A DNA stretch of 45,641 nucleotides from Candidatus Aenigmatarchaeota archaeon (GCA_016213555.1 JACRAC010000008.1:1-45641), one strand, 5' to 3'. Counted from the first letter of the stretch, positions 18,042 through 26,851 are shown. A program made the numbers and translations. Notes: generated by a model not told the origin, from the sequence alone.

Positions 18042-18056
18042 TGTAAATAATCTACA
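18042..18056. promoter_or_regulatory. TGTAAATAATCTACA near-palindrome (14/15 match to 33621 and 34655)
   Basis: In the divergent intergenic region between 17939 (-) and 18149 (+). Confidence 0.4.
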
Positions 18057-18148
18057 ACATTTATATATAGGGAAATCACAAATATTAGAAGGGTGTTTAG
18101 AATTATATTTCATTGCTAGATACTCTATAAAATATAAGGTGAATAAAA

Positions 18149-18313
18149 ATGGCAGCAGCAAAAAAACCAGCGTTTGGAGGATACTCCATTAACTTTGCTG
18201 GAAGAAAAGAAACTGTTGAGGAAGTTTTTGGAAACAAACCAATTGCACCAAGCGAAATGACAAAAAAAATTTGGGCATTTGTAAAAGGTAAGAAACTATC
18301 TTCAAAGGGTTAA
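18149..18313 (+). CDS. 54-aa basic protein with SWIB/MDM2-like C-terminal segment (not in ORF track)
   Basis: AAGGTGA SD 7 nt upstream of the ATG. Translation is MAAAKKPAFGGYSINFAGRKETVEEVFGNKPIAPSEMTKKIWAFVKGKKLSSKG. The ...P..R.EvtKKiWaYiK pattern resembles short SWIB-domain proteins. Confidence 0.45.
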   Translation: MAAAKKPAFGGYSINFAGRKETVEEVFGNKPIAPSEMTKKIWAFVKGKKLSSKG

Positions 18314-18468
18314 TTTTTTTCTGGTATAGATAAAATTTATTTTTTTCTTTTATCTGTTTCTATCATTTTTTATCTAATATTAATCTTCCGCTCTCTCACG
18401 AGCCGCTACACATCAACATACTTGCTCGTCTAGCTCGTTTGGATAAGCTTAAAAACATGACTATCAAT

Positions 18469-18545
18469 ATATAGCAATCCAAAAAGTAATAAATTATATT
18501 TTTTGGTTGCTATATGTGAAATAAAGATCTATTTCTTTATTTCAC
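18469..18545 (+). other. two adjacent strong hairpins
   Basis: atatagcaatccaaaaa/ttttttggttgctatat (one bulge), then gtgaaataaag/ctttatttcac (11 bp). Confidence 0.5.
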
Positions 18546-18586
18546 TATAACTTAATTAGATTTTCATTGTGACAAGTTGATTTTAA

Positions 18587-18865
18587 ATGGCAAAAGAAGT
18601 GAAGAAGGAAGCTGAAAAAATTGATGCAGCAGCTGTAGCTAAGCCAAAGGAGGCAAAGAAAGAGAAGAAGTCTCAAAAAGAAAAGCCTAGATCAAAGAAA
18701 AAGCATGCAAAAGTTCAAGTATGGAAGCTTTATGAGGTAAAAGACGGAAAAGCTATTAGAAAAAAGGAAAAGTGCCCTAGATGCGGTCCTGGAATATTCT
18801 TAGCAGCTTTTAAGAAAAGAAAGTACTGTGGTAAATGTGGTTGGGCTTTATTACAGCAGGATTGA
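18587..18865 (+). CDS. rps27ae: ribosomal protein S27ae with Lys/Glu-rich N-terminal extension
   Basis: C-terminal KCPRCGPGIFLAAFKKRKYCGKCGW zinc ribbon. Confidence 0.85.
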   Translation: MAKEVKKEAEKIDAAAVAKPKEAKKEKKSQKEKPRSKKKHAKVQVWKLYEVKDGKAIRKKEKCPRCGPGIFLAAFKKRKYCGKCGWALLQQD

Positions 18866-18870
18866 TTTCT

Positions 18871-19197
18871 ATGGGTCCTGAAAGTATAGAAAAAATTCTT
18901 TTATGCTATATATGCAAAAAGCCTATTGAGACTGAAAAGGCTAATTTTGACTTGATAAATAATGTAGCTGTTCATATAAAACCTAGATTAGGTATTTCTG
19001 AAAAAGTCAAAAGAATTTTTAAAGGTAATCAGATTGGTGATGATTGTACTATAAAATACATAAAAACCATATCTTCTACTGGAAGAGAGATAAGTTTCAA
19101 AGAAGTTAAAATAGATGATATATTTAGGCATTGTAGGGAGCTTTTTGTTATTATAAATGAACAAGAAGAATTACCTCCAGAGAAAAATACTGTTTAA
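18871..19197 (+). CDS. hypothetical protein
   Basis: ATG at 18871 directly after the S27ae stop (the ORF track starts at 18835, overlapping it). CYICKKP motif only. Confidence 0.35.
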   Translation: MGPESIEKILLCYICKKPIETEKANFDLINNVAVHIKPRLGISEKVKRIFKGNQIGDDCTIKYIKTISSTGREISFKEVKIDDIFRHCRELFVIINEQEELPPEKNTV

Positions 19198-19200
19198 AAT

Positions 19201-19473
19201 TTATTCTTGTTTAGGTTCTTCCTTAGGCTTGTTCATATCATCTACTTTGTTCTCTTCCCAAAGAAAGACTTTTGCTTTTGATACATGCCTACCTTTTAGA
19301 GAAAAAATATTCTTTATTTCTATTTTTTCAGCTTCTAATTTAAATTCTTTTGATAAAAGAGACTGTAATCCGGCCATTGAAGGAGTTGCACCTCCTACAT
19401 GATCTAAAGATACCATTATTTCTTTTCTCTTTAGATGTGGATTATCAATCTCATTTACTATTATAAATTTCAT
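19201..19473 (-). CDS. rps24e: ribosomal protein S24e
   Basis: NPHLKRKEIMVSLDHVGGATPS pattern. Confidence 0.88.
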   Translation of the reverse strand: MKFIIVNEIDNPHLKRKEIMVSLDHVGGATPSMAGLQSLLSKEFKLEAEKIEIKNIFSLKGRHVSKAKVFLWEENKVDDMNKPKEEPKQE

Positions 19474-19544
19474 ATAAACACCATTTTAATCTGACGCTCT
19501 CGACTAGCTCATCTTAAAATTTTTCATTGACACGTCTCGTTTGT

Positions 19545-19724
19545 CTATACCCTTAAAGCATATTTTCCTGTTGCTCCTATAGATAATTTTTTAGCTATTT
19601 CAGACTCTGTATCGAATATTATAACAGTTCCTTGGTAACTTGTAGTAGTATCGCCGGACTTACAGTTAGGACATATGTTTCCTGCTTGTATTATAGCTTT
19701 ACATATTTTGCATGCTCTTTTCAT
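19545..19724 (-). CDS. spt4: transcription elongation factor Spt4 (RpoE'') (not in ORF track)
   Basis: 59 aa: MKRACKICKAIIQAGNICPNCKSGDTTTSYQGTVIIFDTESEIAKKLSIGATGKYALRV. Has a 4-Cys zinc ribbon and sits directly downstream of rpoE'. Confidence 0.8.
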   Translation of the reverse strand: MKRACKICKAIIQAGNICPNCKSGDTTTSYQGTVIIFDTESEIAKKLSIGATGKYALRV

Positions 19725-19732
19725 CTAAACAC

Positions 19733-20281
19733 CTATTTCTTGGTTTTCTTACCCTTTTCTATATCAGCAAGAGTTCCTAAACATGGTTGTCTCATTGTTA
19801 GAGAGACTTTGTTTCTTCCTGATTTTCCTAAAGAAACTCCAACCACTCTTGTTCTTACCATATCTTCTTTTTGTAATTTTTTTCCAGATTTCTTTCCTAC
19901 AAATGTAAATGTCTTTTCATTATAACTAACTTTATCTTCCATCATTTGACTTACATGTACCATTGCATCAAAAGGTCCTATTCTTACAAAGGCGCCAAAT
20001 TCTGCTGCATCTACCACTTCTCCTAAAACAACTTCATTTAATTCAGGAACATATGCAAGTATTTTGAATTCTACAGTATAATGGATTGCTCCATCTTCTG
20101 GAAGAATTTCTCCTTCACTAACGTCTATTATCTCTGTTGTTGCTAGAAACATTCCTATATTTTGGTTGAGTTTACCCTCTATCTGCTCCTGAATACTTTG
20201 TTTTATAGATTCCATTACATCTGATCCAAACTTTTCTGGAGTTACTCTTACCTTATCCCTTACTGTTAGAATTTTGAACAT
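19733..20281 (-). CDS. rpoE: DNA-directed RNA polymerase subunit E' (Rpo7)
   Basis: MFKILTVRDKVRVTPEKFG N-terminus plus an S1 domain (GEVVDAAEFGAFVRIGPFDAMVHVSQ). Confidence 0.88.
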   Translation of the reverse strand: MFKILTVRDKVRVTPEKFGSDVMESIKQSIQEQIEGKLNQNIGMFLATTEIIDVSEGEILPEDGAIHYTVEFKILAYVPELNEVVLGEVVDAAEFGAFVRIGPFDAMVHVSQMMEDKVSYNEKTFTFVGKKSGKKLQKEDMVRTRVVGVSLGKSGRNKVSLTMRQPCLGTLADIEKGKKTKK

Positions 20282-20391
20282 TTAATAAATTCACCGAATA
20301 TTTAACTTTTGTCTAAACATATAAATAGCCATCTTTTATCAAGATGGTTATATCTATCTATTCAAATTCTTAGAATTTTAACTTTTTAAGC

Positions 20392-20922
20392 TTATTTCTT
20401 GAATTTTTTGTTGTACATCTTCTGGGAAGCTATTATCATATCCTTAGCTTTTTTTGCATTTTCCCAATCTTTGACTTCTACTTTTTTATTTTGTAACTGT
20501 TTCATTACTGAGAAAAAATGTGATATTTCTTTTAATAAATGTGGAGAAACATCTGATAAGTCTTTTATATGAGAAAATCTTGGATCACCTTTTGCTACAC
20601 AAAGTATTTTCTCGTCTTTTTCTCCTGAGTCAATCATGTTTAACATTCCTATAGGAACTGCTTCTAAAAGAACACCTGGTACTGTTGGGTTTGAGACTAA
20701 AACAAGAGCATCTAATGGATCACCGTCATCAGAAAGTGTTCTAGGTATTAATCCATATTCTGTCGGATAAAATACAGGAGAGTATAAAACTCTATCTAAT
20801 TTTATTAAACCAGTCTCTTTGTCTAATTCATATTTGTTTTGAGACCCTTTTGGTATTTCAATTATAACGTTTATAACTTCAGGAGCTTTTTCTCCTAATT
20901 CAACATCATGCCACACGTTCAT
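20392..20922 (-). CDS. ppa: inorganic pyrophosphatase
   Basis: IIEIPKGSQNKYELDKETG, YPTEYGLIPRTLSDDGDPLDALVL. Confidence 0.92.
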   Translation of the reverse strand: MNVWHDVELGEKAPEVINVIIEIPKGSQNKYELDKETGLIKLDRVLYSPVFYPTEYGLIPRTLSDDGDPLDALVLVSNPTVPGVLLEAVPIGMLNMIDSGEKDEKILCVAKGDPRFSHIKDLSDVSPHLLKEISHFFSVMKQLQNKKVEVKDWENAKKAKDMIIASQKMYNKKFKK

Positions 20923-20973
20923 AGTATCACCAATAAAAGAGAATTAGTTTATCTATCTTTATATTCTTTATAT

Positions 20974-21684
20974 TTATGCAACATTTTCTAATTCTCTACG
21001 TTCAGGTAATCTACAGAAAGGGTTTCTTCTAATTAATAAGTTAAACAAAGTACCTCCGTCATCATAAGTAACTTCAAAGCCATTTTCTTTTTCTATTTGA
21101 ATAAAATAATCCATTCCTCTTCCACCTGCGCTAAATTCGCTTAATCTTGCAGTATCTTTTCTATGTCTTAAAGTTTCTTTTACTCCTAGCTGAGCTAGAT
21201 ATCCACCTATACTAGCAAGAGACATTGTTACATCTTGTTCATAATTTTTTAGTGATTCTATTAAATTTATTTGATTTTTCATATCAAGCTCTTTTAGGGC
21301 TTTGTTTAAATCAAATCCATCTCCATTATCTTTGACTTGGAATACCATAGAGCCGTCTTCAAATATAGCTGTTGTTAAGCTTATAGGAACTCTTGGGTTG
21401 CATCTATGTGCATGTTCATATGAATTTAATACAGCCTCTCCTATTACTCTATAAGCAGCTCTTATTGTTTCTCTTGAATATCCTAAATCTCTCATAGTTT
21501 CCAATACAAAATCAGTTGCTCTTTTAGAAATATCATCAAAATATTGTGGTCTTGTGTAATGATCTACTACATCATGCTGATCCAATATTACTGGCTGCTC
21601 ACTATTCCATAATTGCTTAGAGTAACCTCTTTTTGGATGTCCTAGTTCCTGGACGATGCAATTAGTATCTCTTGCTAATACCAT
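20974..21684 (-). CDS. stand-alone GHKL (RsbW/SpoIIAB-like) ATPase-fold protein
   Basis: N-box-like GEAVLNSYEHA, G1-like VKDNGDGFD and G2-like AGGRGMDYF. Confidence 0.5.
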   Translation of the reverse strand: MVLARDTNCIVQELGHPKRGYSKQLWNSEQPVILDQHDVVDHYTRPQYFDDISKRATDFVLETMRDLGYSRETIRAAYRVIGEAVLNSYEHAHRCNPRVPISLTTAIFEDGSMVFQVKDNGDGFDLNKALKELDMKNQINLIESLKNYEQDVTMSLASIGGYLAQLGVKETLRHRKDTARLSEFSAGGRGMDYFIQIEKENGFEVTYDDGGTLFNLLIRRNPFCRLPERRELENVA

Positions 21685-21785
21685 GAAATACCTTTACACT
21701 TTATTTCTTTCTACGTGTATATAAAGTGTACTTTTTTCCCACTTTTTAGATAGATATATAAAGATGAAAGAAACACAAAAAACAT

Positions 21786-22742
21786 TTATGCTACATCTTT
21801 AAGATTTTCATCTGCAATCATTTTAATAAATATATTTGCTCTTGTTGTTCCTTCTGGAGTTGCATCGTAATATACGTTTGCATATGGTTTACCATAAGGA
21901 TTGAATGCATCATATGCAGTCCTTGTAATTCCTATAGATTCTCTTGGCCAAACAGCTGCATGCATTCTATTAGAACCTTGAGACATGTTGTTATATCCAC
22001 CTTTTTCACGAAGTTTTTTAAGTAGAGCATCTACGTCTATTCTATTTGGATCGTTTCTTGGTGTGGTTTTTATAGCAATTTGTGATAAATAAGATCCTAT
22101 ATAATTAGCTATATTTTCAGTTGTAGATTCACCATATTTTCTAATTCTTTCAGTTCTTTGAGTTTTTATCTGCTCTTTTTCTTTCTGTTCTTTTTCATCT
22201 AATTTATCTAGTAATTCAAATCCTATCTTTGTCAATTCTTCATCATCGCTTCCAATAGGTGAAATAAGATATTCTTGTGCTACTGCTCTGTATTCATAAG
22301 CCAGATCTTCTAGAGTATGAATTTTATCACGTTCTCTTAATCCATTAAGAGTTTTTTCAAATATTCCTTCTATTTCTTCTCTAGGAAGAGTACCTTCATC
22401 AGATATATGTATCATAAAACCATTTTCATATCTGACAATTTCTAGATCAACAAATGCTGAAGGATTTTGTTTGTTTCCATAATCGTTTGCATTTTGCCAA
22501 AACTCTTGTACAATAAATCTAATTCCTTGGTAAAAACGATTAAATCCAATTGGTTTTAAGAATTCCTTTAGTTCTGGGCTAGCAACGTCCATATGTTTAG
22601 TATCTCTAGGACCTGATCTTATCCTAGCATAACTATGTGTTCCAATATAAACTCCTGTTTCTCCTGCAGTTATAGGAGTTGTGTATCTAGTTATGTCTAT
22701 AGGTTGTTCTACAGATTGCTTTAAAAATTTTGAACCCTCCAT
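21786..22742 (-). CDS. paralogous GHKL-like protein with degenerate nucleotide-binding motifs
   Basis: QEFWQNANDYGN and HISDEGT. The internal segment IGSYLSQIAIKTT aligns with IGGYLAQLGVKET of the neighbour. Confidence 0.4.
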   Translation of the reverse strand: MEGSKFLKQSVEQPIDITRYTTPITAGETGVYIGTHSYARIRSGPRDTKHMDVASPELKEFLKPIGFNRFYQGIRFIVQEFWQNANDYGNKQNPSAFVDLEIVRYENGFMIHISDEGTLPREEIEGIFEKTLNGLRERDKIHTLEDLAYEYRAVAQEYLISPIGSDDEELTKIGFELLDKLDEKEQKEKEQIKTQRTERIRKYGESTTENIANYIGSYLSQIAIKTTPRNDPNRIDVDALLKKLREKGGYNNMSQGSNRMHAAVWPRESIGITRTAYDAFNPYGKPYANVYYDATPEGTTRANIFIKMIADENLKDVA

Positions 22743-22834
22743 ATTTACCCCTAAATAGCTTGAATAATAAACAAAGTATTGTATACCTAGGGTTAAATAT
22801 TTAACTGCGACTCAGTAGTATATAAAGTGGTAAG

Positions 22835-23499
22835 ATGCAAAAAGGGGAAGGTGTAACAAAGTTCAATCTTGTTTTTGAAAAAGGACCAAATGAATTCTCT
22901 AGACTTGATATTATGAATCTAATGAGCTGTAGAGAAGACCTTTATAGATTAGGCCTTATAGGAACTTCAGGAAAATATTGTGATAAAGACGATTCTGCGT
23001 GTATTACAGTAGGTTATGGTAATGTGAGTCAACTTGTTAGAAGAATTGCTGATGGTAGGCATATATTTGCAGTTAGTGGTACAAGGACAGGAAATAAATC
23101 TCAATTAACAGAATATGACTATACTACTGTTTTAGAATATGATCCACGAAGAAATTATGTTAAAGCTAGAGGGCATATAGAACCCTCCTCAGAATCAATG
23201 ACTCATGGTGCTATATATGATATTATTTCTTCTTCTGGATCTGTTGTTCATGTACATGATCATGATTCCAGATTATGGAAAGTTAGACATGAAATGGGAA
23301 TACCTATGACTGCTTTAGGTGTAAATATGGAACTCCTGAGATGGCTGAAGAAATAGAAAGGCTTTTGAGATTACCAAGAACTCTTGAAATGGGAATAATA
23401 GGGATGGAAAGCCATCCAGACGGCTTTATAACATGGGGACAAGATGTTGGCGAAGCTCAATCTAGAATTATTCAATATTGGAATAAAGCACTTAGGTAA
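22835..23499 (+). pseudogene. class II aldolase/adducin-family protein interrupted by a frameshift near 23320-23325
   Basis: Frame 1 gives ...EPSSESMTHGAIYD..VVHVHDHD... and stops at 23356. The -1 frame continues KYGTPEMAEEIERLL...GIIGMESHPDGFITWGQDVGEAQ to TAA at 23497-23499. Confidence 0.6.
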
Positions 23500-23622
23500 T
23501 TTAATACCCTTGAGTAATTAGAAATTTCTACAAAAGTAAAATATATATAATACAGTAATCCATAGCTATTTATGTTGAGTTGAATCAAAATTCAGCTATA
23601 TAAAAAATCAGAGGATTTTCAT

Positions 23623-24618
23623 ATGTCAAACTTACTTGAGAGATTGGTTAATGCTGATGGTATAAGTGGCGATGAGCAAAAAGTAAGAGATATTATTATA
23701 GCTGAGATTAAAAAATACGTTGATGAAATACATGTTGACAAAATGGGTAATGTTATAGCAAGAAAAAAAGGTAAGAAGCCTAGTGTTGCTCTTGTAGCTC
23801 ATATGGATGAAGTAGGGTTGATGGTTAAGGCTATTGAAGATTCTGGTAGAATACGTTTTATTACTATAGGAGGGCTTGAACCAGCTGTTGCCCTTAGTCA
23901 AAGGGTTGATATAAACGGTATAAAAGGCATTGTTACTACAGAGCTTGTTGAAAAAGGGGTTGTGTTAGAAACTCTACCAAAACTAGATGATATGTTTATA
24001 GACACTGGACTTGATAAAAAAGCTATTGGAAAAAGAATAAGGATAGGAGATTATGCAACTTTTTATCAAGAACCTTTTTGTATTTTAGGAAACGAAAACC
24101 TTGTTTCTGGTAAATCTCTTGATGATAGAGTTGGGTGTTATTCTCTTCTTGAGATCGCTAAAAGATCAAAGTCTATAAAATCTGAGATTATTTTTATTTT
24201 TACTGTACAAGAAGAGATAGGAATGCATGGGGCAGGTGCTTCTGTTTATGACTTAGACCCTGATTATGCTATAATAGTAGATGCTGAGAATCATGAAGAT
24301 GAGGGTGGTGAGAAATTGGTTGGTCAAGGTCCATTTATCACAATAAAAGATTCTTCAACTATAACAAGTAGAAAGTTAAATAATGTTCTAGAGAAAACTG
24401 CAAAAGAACTTTCACTAAATTTGCAAAGAGATGTTAGTGATTTTGGTTCTACAGATGCGCTTAAAATATCTTTGGCAAAAGGTGGCATACCTTCTACTGT
24501 TCTTGGATTTTTTGTCAAAAATATACATTGTCCTGTGAGTATAGCAGACATGAGAGATATAGATAGTTTGATAAAGATCCTTGAAGAGTTTTTAAAAGAC
24601 CCTCCTAAACACGTTTAG
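23623..24618 (+). CDS. M42-family (TET/FrvX-like) aminopeptidase
   Basis: LVNADGISGDEQKVRD, VALVAHMDEVGLMV, GKSLDDRVGC, FTVQEEIGMHGA. Confidence 0.85.
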   Translation: MSNLLERLVNADGISGDEQKVRDIIIAEIKKYVDEIHVDKMGNVIARKKGKKPSVALVAHMDEVGLMVKAIEDSGRIRFITIGGLEPAVALSQRVDINGIKGIVTTELVEKGVVLETLPKLDDMFIDTGLDKKAIGKRIRIGDYATFYQEPFCILGNENLVSGKSLDDRVGCYSLLEIAKRSKSIKSEIIFIFTVQEEIGMHGAGASVYDLDPDYAIIVDAENHEDEGGEKLVGQGPFITIKDSSTITSRKLNNVLEKTAKELSLNLQRDVSDFGSTDALKISLAKGGIPSTVLGFFVKNIHCPVSIADMRDIDSLIKILEEFLKDPPKHV

Positions 24619-25021
24619 GGTTCTTTTCAATAATTCTTACTACTTTTGTCTCTGCTAAGATACTAAAAGCTCTTGTTCTTTCTTCAGGTCTTGCTATAAG
24701 ACCTATTATAATATCAATAGGCAATATGAAAGCTTTTCCAAAACTTTCTATTGCTGATTGTTTTATATTTATTTTTTCTTCTCTTTTTCCTACTACTTTT
24801 ATTCTCATTATCCTTTTTCCTAAAGACATACCATCAAATCCTTCAAATATTGTCCAGTATATGAAGAAAATCAAACTTACTATAATATATTTACTCGGTT
24901 TAATAAGTTCTAACAATCTCCAATCTCCTAAAATAAACCCAGAAATTATCATTACTAGTATGAAATCTATTATCCATGAGAAAAATCTTTCCCAATATCT
25001 AGCTAATTCTATTTTTGCCAT
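24605..25021 (-). CDS. RDD-family membrane protein
   Basis: ARYWERFFSWIIDFILV and GMSLGKRIMRIKVV. Confidence 0.7.
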   Translation of the reverse strand: MAKIELARYWERFFSWIIDFILVMIISGFILGDWRLLELIKPSKYIIVSLIFFIYWTIFEGFDGMSLGKRIMRIKVVGKREEKINIKQSAIESFGKAFILPIDIIIGLIARPEERTRAFSILAETKVVRIIEKNPKRV

Positions 25022-25057
25022 GTATAATATTTATTTTTTGAGTAAATAAATGCTTTT

Positions 25058-25834
25058 TTAGACTTTTTTCTCAGCAAAAATAAACCAGTCCCATAGTTCA
25101 GGCTTTCCTTTGAACTCCAAAAGATCCTCGTCTTCATATACTTCCCATGGGTAGAAAACTTTTCTCATTCTTATGTTTTTGAAACCTGCTTTCCATAACC
25201 TATACATAAGTTCAAATTTGTAATAGTGTTTTTGTACCATATCATGGTATTTGAATGTTCCTAATACAAAGTCAAATTTATCTGCATCTATAGCTTTTAG
25301 AGTTTTTTCAAGAGCTGTTTTTTCATCATCCCCATCTTCTATAGCTTTTTCATGTTCCAGGACTGCTCTATATAATAGAGCATCCATTGAAGGAAATATT
25401 CCTATAAAAACTCCATCATCGTTTAACACATTATATATTTCCAATAGTATTTTTTCTATTGATTTTATTTCTGGAAGTAGTATAGAGTTTACTGAGACCG
25501 CAACATCAAATTGGTTATAGAATTCTTTAAGATCTCTTGCGTCTTTTACAAGAAGTTTTACATTTTCTAAGTTTCCTGCGTTTTTCTTTGCCTTTTCTAT
25601 CATTTTTGGTGAAATATCAAGGGCTACAACTTCCTTGAATTCTTTCGAAAGAAACGGTAGTAAATTTCCAATACCAGTTCCTATATCTATCACACTTTTT
25701 CTTTTAGAATAGTCTACCTTTTTCTCTATATACCAATATATAGGATTTTCAACTCCTTTTGCAAAAGGACTGACAACTTCAGTGAAATAATCTTTTGCTG
25801 TCTTGTCCCAGGCTTTTACATTTATCTCATTCAT
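25058..25834 (-). CDS. class I SAM-dependent methyltransferase
   Basis: VIDIGTGIGNLLPFL...VVALDISPKMI motif I/II. Confidence 0.8.
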   Translation of the reverse strand: MNEINVKAWDKTAKDYFTEVVSPFAKGVENPIYWYIEKKVDYSKRKSVIDIGTGIGNLLPFLSKEFKEVVALDISPKMIEKAKKNAGNLENVKLLVKDARDLKEFYNQFDVAVSVNSILLPEIKSIEKILLEIYNVLNDDGVFIGIFPSMDALLYRAVLEHEKAIEDGDDEKTALEKTLKAIDADKFDFVLGTFKYHDMVQKHYYKFELMYRLWKAGFKNIRMRKVFYPWEVYEDEDLLEFKGKPELWDWFIFAEKKV

Positions 25835-25870
25835 AACTCTATGATGTGTACATACAATATAAATAATTTT

Positions 25871-26494
25871 TTAATTGTTTGAAAGAACTGTATTATTCAT
25901 TATTACTCTCCACTTATCATTTTCAATTAGAGGTTTAGGGAAATCTTTTAACTTAAATATTATATTTGATTGTTTATCCTTCAGTCTTGCAAATGACTGA
26001 TAATCAGCTTTGTTTAATGGTTGTATATTTATTTCTTCAAAGAAATTTTTTATGTTTTTTAGAGCATCTGATTTCTTTACTCCGTTTATAGATTCTACTT
26101 CCATCTCAAAGAATGGATGAACTTTTACCAACATAACTTCTATAGAGTCGTTCTTGAATATTTCTCTTTCTCTATACATCGCGTTTCCTACATCATATCC
26201 AAATGCTGAGAAGATATTTACAAATTTCTCTAGTTGGTTTTGTTTTCCAAGATTTACAATACATTCTTCTCTGCTTTGAGATCCTAAAGCACCTTTTTTG
26301 AAAACCAATTCATGAATACCATTAGTCCATTTATATCTTATATCTAATGGATGTCTTACATCTACTTTTTCTTTGAAAAATCTTATCATGAAACGTTTTT
26401 GACTTGATGTTTTTTCCATATCCTTTGAAAGTTTTTTATTTAAGAAATTAAACTGATCTTCGCTTATTTTTGCACTAAGCTCTACTTCTTTCAT
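25871..26494 (-). CDS. hypothetical protein, possibly CYTH-like
   Basis: N-terminal EVELSAKI resembles the ExExK signature. Otherwise unrecognised. Confidence 0.3.
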   Translation of the reverse strand: MKEVELSAKISEDQFNFLNKKLSKDMEKTSSQKRFMIRFFKEKVDVRHPLDIRYKWTNGIHELVFKKGALGSQSREECIVNLGKQNQLEKFVNIFSAFGYDVGNAMYREREIFKNDSIEVMLVKVHPFFEMEVESINGVKKSDALKNIKNFFEEINIQPLNKADYQSFARLKDKQSNIIFKLKDFPKPLIENDKWRVIMNNTVLSNN

Positions 26495-26527
26495 TTAACC
26501 ACTTGTTAGAAATTGATAAAAGAAAAA

Positions 26528-26851
26528 TTACTTGTACTCTCTCCAAACGTGATTACACTTTTCACAGCGGAAGAATTGTGTTGGAGGTTCGTCTGCTGAT
26601 CTAGTTTGTTGTAACCACCAATATGCTTTGTTATGCTCACATTTAGGACATGATTTGTCTGTTGTTGGTAAAGGAACTTCATCCTTTTCCAATAGTATAA
26701 CTCCTTTTGTCTTAGTTATCTTTTCAACTATTTTTGTGTCCTTAACAGCCTTCTTAACTATTGTTCCACATTTTCTACATTTTATTACTATAGAGGATCC
26801 TTTCTTTGTAGGAATCATCATAGATTTACATTTTTTACAAAAGTCAACCAT
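26528..26851 (-). CDS. tfs: transcription factor S (TFIIS/RpoM-like)
   Basis: Two zinc ribbons (CKKC..CRKC and CPKC..CEKC) and a QQTRSADEPPT acidic loop. Confidence 0.88.
   Translation of the reverse strand: MVDFCKKCKSMMIPTKKGSSIVIKCRKCGTIVKKAVKDTKIVEKITKTKGVILLEKDEVPLPTTDKSCPKCEHNKAYWWLQQTRSADEPPTQFFRCEKCNHVWREYK

Noticed and set aside
17980-18192. 70-aa ORF in the track
   Set aside because: It has a TTG-type start without an SD and hydrophobic, low-complexity content. It runs through a promoter-like AT-rich region and overlaps the better-supported 54-aa ORF at 18149.
18425-18450. tRNA-like D-arm (tagctcgtttggataagct) in a GC-rich island, raising the idea of a tRNA or split-tRNA half
   Set aside because: The flanking sequence offers no anticodon stem, T-arm (GTTC-type) or acceptor pairing. 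I cannot fold a cloverleaf on either strand.
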